From an uncultured Poribacteria bacterium (GTDB lineage: Bacteria; Poribacteria; WGA-4E; WGA-3G), in contig OX638351.1 in the NCBI GenBank assembly GCA_951813565.1, positions 4,672,001-4,736,000 of the forward strand: a stretch of DNA of 64,000 bases. The letters are read 5' to 3'. Shown here one piece after another: positions 30,153-39,768 of the stretch (positions within the stretch are counted from its first letter, which is position 1; each line of letters starts with the position of its first letter). The notes beneath the pieces are model-generated. The model ran no database searches and was not told the origin of the DNA. It worked only from the letters and a program-made list of their open reading frames with translations. A program made the position numbers and the translations under genes.

Positions 30153-31232
30153 ATGCGACATCTGGTAACACTTGACGATTTATCGAATTTTGAGATTGAA
30201 CAGATTTTCCGGCTGGCAGCAGGAATGCAGTCGCAATTAGAGACATGGGCAGGAATCTGCCGTAGTAAATTGTTGGCAACTCTCTTCTATGAACCGAGCA
30301 CACGAACTCGACTCTCCTTTGAAAGTGCTATGGAACGTCTCAACGGCGGCACGCTTGGCTTTGCCGACCCAAGTTCAACTTCTGTGACAAAAGGTGAAAC
30401 GCTCGCCGACACAGCACGGATGGTCACGAACTACGCAGATGTTATAGTTATCCGCCACAGTTGGGCAGGTTCAGCGCGAGTCATGGCAACTTATGCCAAT
30501 ATCCCTGTCATCAACGGTGGAGACGGAAGCCACACACATCCGACACAAGCACTCACTGACCTCTATACGATTATTCGAAGGAAATCACAGGTGAAAGGTT
30601 TAACCGTTGGTATCTGTGGCGATCTCCGCTATGGACGCGCGGCGCACTCGTTTGCATTAGCAGTTGCAAGATTCGGTGGAAATCTGGTTCACATCGCCCC
30701 TAACGGGTTACAGATGCCACCCTGGATACTCACGCGGTTAGCGCAAATCCACGGACAGAAACCTCTTGAGGTAGAAAACGTCACAGAGGTCATTGAAACA
30801 CTTGATGTTATTTATGTGAATAGACTTCAAGAGGAGCGACTCCCGCCAACTGTAGATGCAGAAACGGTACGCGGAAGTTATCTGCTGAATGCTGCAGTGA
30901 TGAAAAATGCCAAACCGGATGCGATGATTATGCATCCGCTTCCACGCGTCAATGAACTCGCTTATGAATTAGATGATGACCCTCGTGCTGCCTATTTTGA
31001 ACAATCCGCGAATGCCGTGCCGGTTCGGATGGCACTTATTTCAAGTCTGATGGGGTTAGAACAACTTATTTTAACACAACCCCCAAAGCGAGACATTGGT
31101 GAGTCTTCCCATCAATGTGAAAACGCAAACTGTATAACTCACCATGAGACCTATCTTGTTCCTGAACATGAAACGTTTAGTGGTAATACAGAGATACACG
31201 GCTGTGCTTATTGTGGAAATCTGTTTTCGTGA
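30153..31232 (+). CDS. pyrB: Aspartate carbamoyltransferase catalytic chain with C-terminal PyrI-like zinc domain
   Basis: FYEPSTRTRLSFE, HPTQAL, HPLPR; tail CENANCIT...CAYCG. Confidence 0.92.
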   Translation: MRHLVTLDDLSNFEIEQIFRLAAGMQSQLETWAGICRSKLLATLFYEPSTRTRLSFESAMERLNGGTLGFADPSSTSVTKGETLADTARMVTNYADVIVIRHSWAGSARVMATYANIPVINGGDGSHTHPTQALTDLYTIIRRKSQVKGLTVGICGDLRYGRAAHSFALAVARFGGNLVHIAPNGLQMPPWILTRLAQIHGQKPLEVENVTEVIETLDVIYVNRLQEERLPPTVDAETVRGSYLLNAAVMKNAKPDAMIMHPLPRVNELAYELDDDPRAAYFEQSANAVPVRMALISSLMGLEQLILTQPPKRDIGESSHQCENANCITHHETYLVPEHETFSGNTEIHGCAYCGNLFS

Positions 31233-31305
31233 TAGAGAGCCAAATGGTTTGATGAATTCGCATGCGTTTCTTGTTGAATCCGATGTTCCTACACACAAAG
31301 ATAGT

Positions 31306-32760
31306 CTAATCATCCTCTGATTCTACAGGTTCGGGAATCTTGGACACCAATCCATCTTTCTCTATGATAGCGGTTCGCGCAATCCGCCATAGAGGCCCTT
31401 TAGGACTAACGGCTTGCCATCCACCTTCGTGGAAAGTGACCACAACATAGTCCTTTTCGGTATCCGGCGCATGATCGGGAAACATTCCCCGTGTTGCCCA
31501 GTTGGTATAGGTAACAGGTTCACCACTATCCCATGCCCATACACCCTCTTTTTCTACATCATTGAGTCCTATCCAAAAATGTGGGTCTCTAAACATTACC
31601 TGAACCCAAAACTGTTCTTCTTCGTCGTTGATGGAAACAAGATGCGCGCCTTCCGCAATCGCTTTCTGTTGTGCATCGAGCCAACCCTGGCAGAAAATCT
31701 TCGCGTATGCGTGTCCATTTGCAGGGTTAATGATCCACACTATTTTCTCTCGTTGCCGAGCGATTGGTTGACGTACATTCTCATCGACAAACACCTCATT
31801 AATAAAACGTCGAGCTTTCTCCTCATCAAGTTTTTTAAGGTCACCAGTAGGGCGTTTCGCAATAACCGGGTTACCGTCAAGTCTAATTACAATATTCTCA
31901 GGGTGCTCGTCTTTTTTGATAAGAAATGGACCTGCCCCTCCAGAAAATGTTTTATATTTTACAGAAAGCGTGTAATACCCCTGATCTTCCCTATATTCAG
32001 TAAAATAACCTTCAGCATCAGTTAAGCAACTTGTTCCGTGGGACCCACTGCCACCGCCAAACTCACCGCCTCGATATCGCATGGAGAGGTTTGCGTTGGC
32101 ATTAGCAAGAGGAGTACCATCAGCATAAACAATTCGCGCACGTATCTTAAGCCGTTTCTTGACGGTAATTTTTACGTCTTCAATGTTTACACCCGGCTTA
32201 AGTCCAAACGTAAGTCCACTAAAAGGAAACGGTCCCTCCTCTATAGAGAAAAAAGTGACCTTATTGAGTCGAATGGAAACAATTTGTATTTCTGACTCTC
32301 TGGGAAGTCTTATAATACCCCGTTGAATCTGTTGTTGTCGCAATTGTACTTGTGGCGGTATGTTGAGATCAATCTTCTCATTTGGTATTACCAAAGTTTT
32401 AGGAATTGCTATTATTTGCACGGGCCCCGGTTGGATACCGGTAACGCTGAAGGATCCTTCTGAATCAGTTTCTGCTCTGGGTATGACCGGAGGTTTGTTT
32501 TTGCCTTCCAGTTGTTCTGCTAAAAAAAGTGGAAACCCGCCTATGGGGTTAGCCATTCCATTATGGACTTGCATAGGTTGAATCATGAACGTGAACCCAC
32601 TCATAGGTTTTCCATCTGTGTCTACAACTTTTCCTGATAATCCACTTAATGCTTTTTCATTAGGTTCTGCAGGCGGTTCTTGGGCAACAATCCCTGTTAC
32701 AGTGAATAATAGTACCACTGCAAGTGCTATAAGTTTTGCTGAAGTGTAGATGCATTTCAT
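31306..32760 (-). CDS. Secreted protein: carboxypeptidase-regulatory-like domains + C-type lectin domain
   Basis: NPANGHAY..GAHLVSINDEEEQ..FWIGLND..W.W.SGEPVTYTNW CTLD pattern. Confidence 0.75.
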   Translation of the reverse strand: MKCIYTSAKLIALAVVLLFTVTGIVAQEPPAEPNEKALSGLSGKVVDTDGKPMSGFTFMIQPMQVHNGMANPIGGFPLFLAEQLEGKNKPPVIPRAETDSEGSFSVTGIQPGPVQIIAIPKTLVIPNEKIDLNIPPQVQLRQQQIQRGIIRLPRESEIQIVSIRLNKVTFFSIEEGPFPFSGLTFGLKPGVNIEDVKITVKKRLKIRARIVYADGTPLANANANLSMRYRGGEFGGGSGSHGTSCLTDAEGYFTEYREDQGYYTLSVKYKTFSGGAGPFLIKKDEHPENIVIRLDGNPVIAKRPTGDLKKLDEEKARRFINEVFVDENVRQPIARQREKIVWIINPANGHAYAKIFCQGWLDAQQKAIAEGAHLVSINDEEEQFWVQVMFRDPHFWIGLNDVEKEGVWAWDSGEPVTYTNWATRGMFPDHAPDTEKDYVVVTFHEGGWQAVSPKGPLWRIARTAIIEKDGLVSKIPEPVESEDD

Positions 32761-32791
32761 AGTCGTGTCTCCCTGATTGACGTATTCAGTG

Positions 32792-34075
32792 CTATTCGGC
32801 ACCTTCGTCTGGTTCTTGCACACCAATAATCATATCTGCTTTTTCCAAGATTGCTTTTTCAGTTATGCTGGCAACAGGATTATCTGCGCGTACTTGTTGC
32901 CATTTCCCTGTCACCCCGATCAGTACGGTAAAGGTTTTGCTTGTATTTTCGTCCTTTTCAGACAATTTTTTTGGGGCAGAAAGTAGTTTTTGTGTATCCC
33001 AACTGGTATAAGTTATCGGATCACCATTATCCCATTTCTTGTCACCCTGTTTTAAACCATCCGTGAATCCTATCCAATAGTTTTCTTTCCCATATACATC
33101 AAGTAACCATTGTTGTTCTGCAGCATTATTAATTGCAACGAGATGTGCACCTTGGGCGGTTGCTTGCGCGAGAGCTTCATCGGGGGTTTGGCAATCGATT
33201 CTTTTGTAAGCATGCCGGTTTGCGGGATTGATAGCCCACACACCTTCCTGGCGTCGTTTCCACATTGCTTGCATACGTCCTGGGTCACGGATAGGAACCG
33301 CTTTCACTACCTTAGGTTTAGGCGGTACTTCCGGCTCTCCGCCGAGAGTCAAGGTAAGTCCATCAAGTCGCTGCCCCTCTTCCAGTAAAATTTCCTTGGA
33401 CTCTACCGATTGTCCTTGATATGTTACAGAGACTGTATAATAGGTTGACCGATTACGGTTGATATATTCCACAAAGTAACCATCAGCATCAAGGGTTGTT
33501 GTGCTGCTACTGCTACCACCGCCACCATCCACATACCGTCTTTTTAGTCTGAGGTTAACCCGAGCATTGCTAAGTGGAGAACCATCCGCGGCAAGTACTT
33601 GCCCACGGATCCGCATTCGAAGCCTGACGGTAATCTTCACGTCTTTTATATCTGTTTCCTCTTCAATCCCAAATGGAATTCCTTCGTGCAAAAAAAACTG
33701 GTGCGGGTGAAAATGGAATGCTATTCCCTGCATTTCAATGCCGCGAATTTCATACTCTGATTGGCGCCCATGAAATAGTGTTAATCTATTAACTGAAGGT
33801 GCACTAATATTCTCAATTGAGAAAGCGCCGGTTGCATCCGTATTGCTCGGTTGCGGGGGTGGGAAGATTTGTTCTTGCCTATGCATATTGTGTCGTTTAG
33901 GCAAAAGGGTTCCTTTAAATGACTTAATGCTTACGGGAATATCAGGAACAGGTTCTCCCTTTTCATCAATAACTATTCCTGATATGGTTCCTGCGAAACA
34001 TTGAATGGATGCCGCAAGCAAAATCACCAGACTTCCTATAAAAACTACAAATAGGGTGAAGTAAAAACGGTTCAT
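32792..34075 (-). CDS. Secreted protein: carboxypeptidase-regulatory-like domains + C-type lectin domain (paralog)
   Basis: NPANRHAY..GAHLVAINNAAEQ..YWIGFTD..ITYTSW. Confidence 0.75.
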   Translation of the reverse strand: MNRFYFTLFVVFIGSLVILLAASIQCFAGTISGIVIDEKGEPVPDIPVSIKSFKGTLLPKRHNMHRQEQIFPPPQPSNTDATGAFSIENISAPSVNRLTLFHGRQSEYEIRGIEMQGIAFHFHPHQFFLHEGIPFGIEEETDIKDVKITVRLRMRIRGQVLAADGSPLSNARVNLRLKRRYVDGGGGSSSSTTTLDADGYFVEYINRNRSTYYTVSVTYQGQSVESKEILLEEGQRLDGLTLTLGGEPEVPPKPKVVKAVPIRDPGRMQAMWKRRQEGVWAINPANRHAYKRIDCQTPDEALAQATAQGAHLVAINNAAEQQWLLDVYGKENYWIGFTDGLKQGDKKWDNGDPITYTSWDTQKLLSAPKKLSEKDENTSKTFTVLIGVTGKWQQVRADNPVASITEKAILEKADMIIGVQEPDEGAE

Positions 34076-34227
34076 TGGAATGCCTCCTTTTTTGATTTAT
34101 GGTGAATATATTAAAATGAGTTTGGATCACGTAAAATTATTATACCCCATGTAAAAATTATTGACAACATTAAAGAAGGGGTGAGAACGCAGGGTTATTT
34201 AGTTTTAAGAGTTTTCATTTTATGAGG

Positions 34228-34561
34228 TTAACTGTGAGTTTAGGTCTTGAGGGGTAGGTGCGATTTCTTAACCCATAGGTGTCAACTTAAGGATTTTCCG
34301 AATATAAGAAATGCTCTTCAGTATAAGGATTCAAGCGTAGGTTTGGGATACCAAATAAACACCTACATCACTGTTAGCGTGTTTAGTCTTTCGCTCCAGC
34401 GGAGCAATATGTTTATAGAAAAAAGTTAACGCTTTCCTCCGCTCCAGCGGAGCGGTATTGGCTACATCACACATAGCACTCCACTGGAGTGCGGAAATTG
34501 ATCTGTTATCAGATATGAATCGTGTCGGGTGCCTCTAAATTCTTAAGTAGAACTCACGTTA
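34228..34561. repeat. Degenerate MITE nest with GCTCCAGCGGAGC palindromes
   Basis: Ends resemble the AACGTGAGTT/AACTCACGTT family; contains a CATAGGTGTCAA end and three CTCCA(G/C)(C/T)GGAG hairpins. Confidence 0.5.
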
Positions 34562-34647
34562 ATTTAGTATTATACACCTAAGTAGAAAAAGGCTGGCAAG
34601 GTTTCTTCAAATTTAGTAGAATATACCTATGCAAAAGGAAAACGAAA

Positions 34648-35339
34648 ATGAGTAAAGAAAAAATTGAATATGAAATAGGTAGCGGCAATGTGTACAAGGA
34701 TTTGGGATTTCCTAACCTAGAGGAAATGTAAGCAAAGGCACATCTTGTTTTTTAAGATTCAGGATACTATAACTGAACGCAAACTTAAGTTAGACGAGGA
34801 TGTGCATAAATAATTCCGATGTTAAATATGCGATTAAAGGTAGTCCGCACACGCCGTGGGTTTCTGTCCACAAGTTCAAAGAGGCGCAGCATGCCACACG
34901 GGGAATGCCATAAGGCATTCGGACCCGGTGAATGACTAAAGACGAATGTGCTTGGTAGAATACGCTTTTGGTATTCTACATGATTCGCCATGATTCATAC
35001 CGTTGATTTCTTGATTTGGCGCATGCTGCGTTGATTTGGCAATGAATTGCGCGACTACAAACGCATTTCTATAAATCAAGCGGCACCTGGCGTCTGTCCT
35101 TGTCTGTGTTGATGCGCCAAATATTTATGCACACCCCTCAGTTAGACAAAGCAGCCGAAATTCTATGCATTAGTAAATCTGAACTCTCGAATCTTTTGCG
35201 TGGTCAGTTTAAAAGTTGTACAATTGATCGTATATTTTCACTGCTGAGAAAGTTGGATCATGACATTGAGATTGTTCTTCACAAAAGACCGGTCAACACA
35301 CCTTCCGCAGCCCTCCGTATCTCAACTTCCGCGGATTAA
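34648..35339 (+). pseudogene. XRE-family HTH (HigA-like) regulator pseudogene
   Basis: MSKEKIEYEIGSGNVYKDLGFPN N-terminus, TAA at codon 28, frameshift in a T-run, then a MITE insertion; C-terminal AAEILCISKSELSNLLRG helix-turn-helix. Confidence 0.75.
34796..35139. mobile_element. MITE with 8-bp TSD containing a REP and nested hairpin elements
   Basis: AGTTAGAC at 34788-34795 and 35140-35147; TIR GAGGATGTGCATAAATA / TATTTATGCACACCCCTC. Confidence 0.85.
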
Positions 35340-35358
35340 TTCCAATCCATGCGCAATT

Positions 35359-36339
35359 ATGGAAAACGAGACGCACATCTACCACATCCAAAAAGATCAC
35401 AGTGGAAAACGATTGGATCAGTTTCTGATGGGTACTATTGAAGGTGTATCGCGAACCTATCTCCAGAAACTGATTCGCGAAGGTGCTGTCACTGTTAATG
35501 ATAAGGTTTTCAAACAACCCGGTTACACGCTCCGTTCCGGTGACCAAGTTTGTCTTTCGCTTCCTGATTCCCGCCCTTTAGAAACCGGACAACCTGAGAA
35601 TATCCCGCTTGACATTCTTTATGAAGATAGCCACTTAATTGTGCTGAACAAACCCGCGGGCATGCTCGTTCATCCTGCAAGTGGTGTGAATTCAGGTACA
35701 CTCGTCAACGCTTTGCTCGCGCATTGCACTGATTTGTCAGGCATCGGTGGCGTAGAAAGACCTGGTATCGTTCACAGATTGGATAAGGATACGTCGGGGG
35801 TTCTCGTAGTTGCAAAAACAGATGTTGTGCATCGCGAACTATCCGTGCAGTTTGAAAAGCATACTATAACACGCCAGTATGTTGCAGTTGTGTGTGGCGT
35901 TCCGGCTGAAGTTACAGGGACGATTGAGGCGCAAATTGCACGGAGTCGTCGTGACCGCCGCCGAATGACTACTGTAAAAAACAACGGCAGGCATGCTGTC
36001 ACGCATTATCAGGTATTAGAAATTTACCACAAATTTTCGCTCGTTCAACTCACATTGGAAACCGGACGACTTCATCAAATCCGTGTGCATCTGCAACACA
36101 TTGGACATCCAGTTGCTGGTGATACCATTTATGGAGGTGAGCAACGTGCGTTAAACGATGCCGATACACTCCCCGTGAAACATGCGCTTATACACCTTAA
36201 ACGACAGGCATTGCATGCGCGGACTCTTAAGTTTGATCACCCTGTAACACATGAAAGTTTATTTTTTTCTGCGCCGAAGCCTGCAGATATGGAGCGACTT
36301 GTTGATGCATTGCGGACGCTTACTCGCGCATATTTGTAG
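35359..36339 (+). CDS. rluD: RluA-family pseudouridine synthase with S4 domain (RluD-like)
   Basis: RLDQFL S4 domain, NKPAGM, HRLDKDTSG, LETGRLHQIRVH. Confidence 0.9.
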   Translation: MENETHIYHIQKDHSGKRLDQFLMGTIEGVSRTYLQKLIREGAVTVNDKVFKQPGYTLRSGDQVCLSLPDSRPLETGQPENIPLDILYEDSHLIVLNKPAGMLVHPASGVNSGTLVNALLAHCTDLSGIGGVERPGIVHRLDKDTSGVLVVAKTDVVHRELSVQFEKHTITRQYVAVVCGVPAEVTGTIEAQIARSRRDRRRMTTVKNNGRHAVTHYQVLEIYHKFSLVQLTLETGRLHQIRVHLQHIGHPVAGDTIYGGEQRALNDADTLPVKHALIHLKRQALHARTLKFDHPVTHESLFFSAPKPADMERLVDALRTLTRAYL

Positions 36340-36385
36340 CATTTTGTTCGATCTCAGTCCTATTAAAATGTAGTATCTATTAGGA

Positions 36386-36705
36386 TTATAGTTTGGATAA
36401 TTCTTATCTCGTGGAAATTGAGTTTCACATAATAGATGGAACACAGCGAAAATGCTGCACTCCAGCGGAGTGCAATGTCTATAGAAAACGGTATGCACAT
36501 TCTCGCACTCCAGCGGAGTGCAATGTGTCGAAAATCACGGACCGCTCCACTGGAGCGGATATGTCGGTTCATAATGTAACTATAAACATATTGCTCCGCT
36601 GAAGCAAAGAAGGTTTCCGTTTTGTCTGTCGTGTGTTGATTTAGCAACATAAGTGGAGAACTAATTTTTTACCAACTTACGTTTGAAAAATTGTCCAAAC
36701 TTTAG
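36386..36705. mobile_element. MITE (TATAGTTTGGA.AATT ends) with GCACTCCAGCGGAGTGC palindromes
   Basis: Ends TATAGTTTGGATAATT / AATTGTCCAAACTTTAG; same end family as 54085-54427. Confidence 0.6.
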
Positions 36706-36720
36706 TATTAGGAGAAAAAT

Positions 36721-37707
36721 ATGGAATATGTCAATTTTGGTAAAGCAGGTGTTAAGGTAAGTCCACTTGCATTGGGATTAGGATTTAGAGGGCAAGGCGA
36801 CGAAAGTGCTGCCCAACGATTGATTGAACACGCAATTGATAACGGTATTAACCTGATTGATTGTGCCAACGTTTATGGTCCAATGGATGACCGTGCCAAT
36901 ATTGGACAGTCTGAGGTTATCCTGGGCAAAGCGATAAAAGGGAAACGTGATGATGTGGTGATTACTTCTAAGGTCTGTAGCAATATCGGACAAGGGCCAA
37001 ACGACTATGGGTTATCTCGATTCCATATCATGCGCGAAATAGACCGTTCACTAACTCGTCTCGGCACTGACCATATTGATGTCTATCTGATTCACATGGC
37101 GGACGATACTACACCACAAGAGGAGACGATCCGGGCATTAGACGATCTAGTGCGTTCGGGTAAGGTGCGCTACCTTGGCTGTTGTAATCATCAGGCATGG
37201 CAAGTTTGCAAAGCGCTCTGGATTGCTGACAGCATTAACGCAACACCCTATATGTGCATTCAAAATATGTATAATCTTCTCAATCGGGATTTGGAAACCG
37301 AGATGTTCGGGTTAGTGCGTGAAGAAGGACTTGGGGTAATGTGTTATAGTCCATTGTCGGTTGGTTTATTGAGCGGTGTTTATTCACCTGATGAACCGCC
37401 ACCTGATGGCACGTTGTGGGCAAGGCGATATCGTGATGAATATGATCGCAGAATGCGCGGTGCAACTGGGCAGGTGATTGCTACGCTCAAACGGCTTGCA
37501 GACGAGTTAGGAAAAACACCCGCACAACTTGCAGTGGCATGGGTGGTATCACACTCGGAAGTTACCGTTGCTATCAGTGGAAGTGATACAATTGAACAAC
37601 TGGACGACACGCTCGGTGGTGTTGGTTGGGAATTAGATGCGGCTGTTCGAGATGAGTTGGATGAGGTGTCGCGTTCGTTTGTGCGTTTGACTGCACCACC
37701 ATTTTAA
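36721..37707 (+). CDS. Aldo/keto reductase
   Basis: IDCANVYG, SLTRLGTDHIDVYLIH, GKVRYLGC, YSPL. Confidence 0.93.
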   Translation: MEYVNFGKAGVKVSPLALGLGFRGQGDESAAQRLIEHAIDNGINLIDCANVYGPMDDRANIGQSEVILGKAIKGKRDDVVITSKVCSNIGQGPNDYGLSRFHIMREIDRSLTRLGTDHIDVYLIHMADDTTPQEETIRALDDLVRSGKVRYLGCCNHQAWQVCKALWIADSINATPYMCIQNMYNLLNRDLETEMFGLVREEGLGVMCYSPLSVGLLSGVYSPDEPPPDGTLWARRYRDEYDRRMRGATGQVIATLKRLADELGKTPAQLAVAWVVSHSEVTVAISGSDTIEQLDDTLGGVGWELDAAVRDELDEVSRSFVRLTAPPF

Positions 37708-37750
37708 CGATTGACAAAATAGATTTAATCGTCCATTCGGTATGAACTTA

Positions 37751-37848
37751 TGGTAAACCTAAGTATTAATTAGACACATTGCATCGGCGAGGTTAGGAAA
37801 CCTCGCCTACCGCGGGTGGGAAATGTCGTTTTATTTTAGGTTTCACCA
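37751..37848. repeat. Small inverted-repeat element with GGCGAGGTTAGGAAACCTCGCC palindrome (also at 54001)
   Basis: Identical 22-nt palindrome at ~37786 and 54001; imperfect ends TGGTAAACCTAA / TTAGGTTTCACCA. Confidence 0.55.
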
Positions 37849-37874
37849 CAATATACGTTTAAGTTTATGTAAGG

Positions 37875-38057
37875 TTAATCTTCATATCTCAGACAAGCGT
37901 GAATATCTGATTTGGTTATATGTTGGTAGTCCTCGAGAATCTCTTCTTCACTTACGTTGGACGCGAGTAAATTTAGGATAAACTCAACCGATAAGCGAGT
38001 TCCTTTGATAATTGATTTTCCTCCCAGAATTCTTGGATCCACAGTGATTCGTTCCAT
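37875..38057 (-). CDS. DUF433 domain protein (antitoxin-like), orphan
   Basis: RITVDPRILGGK.IIKGTRL.V..IL..LA pattern; GGAGG RBS. Confidence 0.85.
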   Translation of the reverse strand: MERITVDPRILGGKSIIKGTRLSVEFILNLLASNVSEEEILEDYQHITKSDIHACLRYED

Positions 38058-38082
38058 TTAGTTTCCTCCAATACATTATTAT

Positions 38083-38528
38083 AACGTGAGTTTGATAATA
38101 AAATTCAATAACCACTGTCCGTTGGGTAGAACGGAATAAACAAAAAATCGGACATAAAAGAGAGATTTTTTTTCCATTTGATGCCGAAATAACAGGAAAA
38201 TGAGTGAAACTCAACTTTAAATTACTTCCAAAACGGTTGAATTGTTGGGTTTCGCTTCGCTCTACTCATAGGCGTCAATTTTAGGATATATCCTATTGTG
38301 GGAGTGAATCAACGCAGCATGCGCGTTTGGCATGCTGCCAAATCAACGCCAAATGCGCTTTTTGGCATTTGGCGGGTTTTCAACCCCGATATAACGGTTT
38401 GAGTCTCACAATATCGGGCTTAGAAAGCCCTCCCACAAGAAAATCAGGCACTAAATTGACGCCTATAGGTTTCGCTTCGCTCTACCCAACGGACATCTAC
38501 ATTTAGGTCTAATTATCAAACTCACGTT
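38083..38528. mobile_element. MITE (AACGTGAGTTTGATAAT TIRs) with a nested CATAGG-type MITE, REPs and two hairpin elements
   Basis: Perfect 17-bp TIRs at 38083-38099 and 38512-38528; inner ATAGGCGTCAATTT...AAATTGACGCCTAT. Confidence 0.75.
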
Positions 38529-38592
38529 TTTTAGCATTCCCTGGGCAGTCTTTTTTTCATTATGCAGTTTGTCCTTAAATCGTCTCAAATTT

Positions 38593-39630
38593 CTAATGCA
38601 TATCTACAGAAAAAATATAACTGAGAATCGTCACCAAAATATAAGTTCCGACCAAAATGACACCAAACGGACGCTTCAATTGGCTTCCTGAAACGAAGAT
38701 GCCGATTCGGAAAACAATCAAAATAAACACCATCGCAGGAAAAAGAAACTGGAAAAATTTTCCTGATGCTTGCAAACCAATAGGTGTTGCAGCAGCTGAA
38801 ACTCCAGCAACAAAGAGAACATTCAGAATATCCGCACCAATGATGTTTCCGACTGCTAACTCACCATGTCCGCGCCGAACTGCTGTTATTGCTGTTACAA
38901 GTTCTGGTAGCGATGTGCCAAACGCGACAAGTGTTGCTGCAATGATTTCCTCTGGCACATTAAACCTAATTGCAAGGGTCTTCACAGTTGGAATAAGGAT
39001 TTGTGCAGCAATAACAACAATTGCAATTGACCCAATGAGTTTAAAAAGTGTAACAAACGTCCTAGACCCATCCGGTTCTGTTTCTTCATCGTGTTCAGAA
39101 GTAGGTGTTATTGAACCTGCCCATCGGATAGACTGCCAGATATACAACCCTAACAGCACAACAAAGACGAATCCCATAAATTGTGAAAGTACACCGCCTT
39201 GTTTAAAAACTTCCATCGGGGAAGACCAAGGAAAACAGGCTAACACCATGAGAATTCCGGCACTTACCTGAACATTGGACAACCGCGATGCCAATTCACG
39301 GTTAAAAGACAGTGGTGCAATCAGCGATGCTAATCCTAAAATTAAACCCGTATCACATATAATTGAGCCAACAGCATTTCCGAGGGCGAGTCCCGGCTCT
39401 CCTTGGACTGCCGACAGCACGGAAACCGCAGCTTCGGGCGTTGTTGTGCCGATACTCACAATTGTTGCACCAATAACCGCCTCACCTAAGCCCCATCGGG
39501 ATGAAAGCACCACTGCTTCATCTACTAACCAGTCCGCTCCTTTGCCAAGTGTGTAAAGCATCACTGCAACGATAAGAAAAAGGACTACGCTCGGTAATCC
39601 TACAATAAGTTGTTCAATCCAATGTTCCAT
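38593..39630 (-). CDS. Calcium/sodium (cation:Ca2+) antiporter, YrbG family
   Basis: GTTTPE and GTSLPE alpha repeats; GNAVGS and GNIIGA. Confidence 0.9.
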   Translation of the reverse strand: MEHWIEQLIVGLPSVVLFLIVAVMLYTLGKGADWLVDEAVVLSSRWGLGEAVIGATIVSIGTTTPEAAVSVLSAVQGEPGLALGNAVGSIICDTGLILGLASLIAPLSFNRELASRLSNVQVSAGILMVLACFPWSSPMEVFKQGGVLSQFMGFVFVVLLGLYIWQSIRWAGSITPTSEHDEETEPDGSRTFVTLFKLIGSIAIVVIAAQILIPTVKTLAIRFNVPEEIIAATLVAFGTSLPELVTAITAVRRGHGELAVGNIIGADILNVLFVAGVSAAATPIGLQASGKFFQFLFPAMVFILIVFRIGIFVSGSQLKRPFGVILVGTYILVTILSYIFSVDMH

Positions 39631-39724
39631 TAACTATAAATGTTCCTTCCAATCTGAAGATTATATAGACAAAGGTTATCACAGACACCGCACAAAGTCA
39701 AACAATAGTCCTATGTTTTTTAAC

Positions 39725-39754
39725 TTGAAATTGTGGGTACGAAGATGGTATCCT
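39725..39754 (+). promoter_or_regulatory. Putative sigma70 promoter upstream of the tmRNA-like gene
   Basis: TTGAAA-18 bp-TATCCT, with TG of an extended -10. Confidence 0.45.
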
Positions 39755-39768
39755 TGTACTATCAATAT

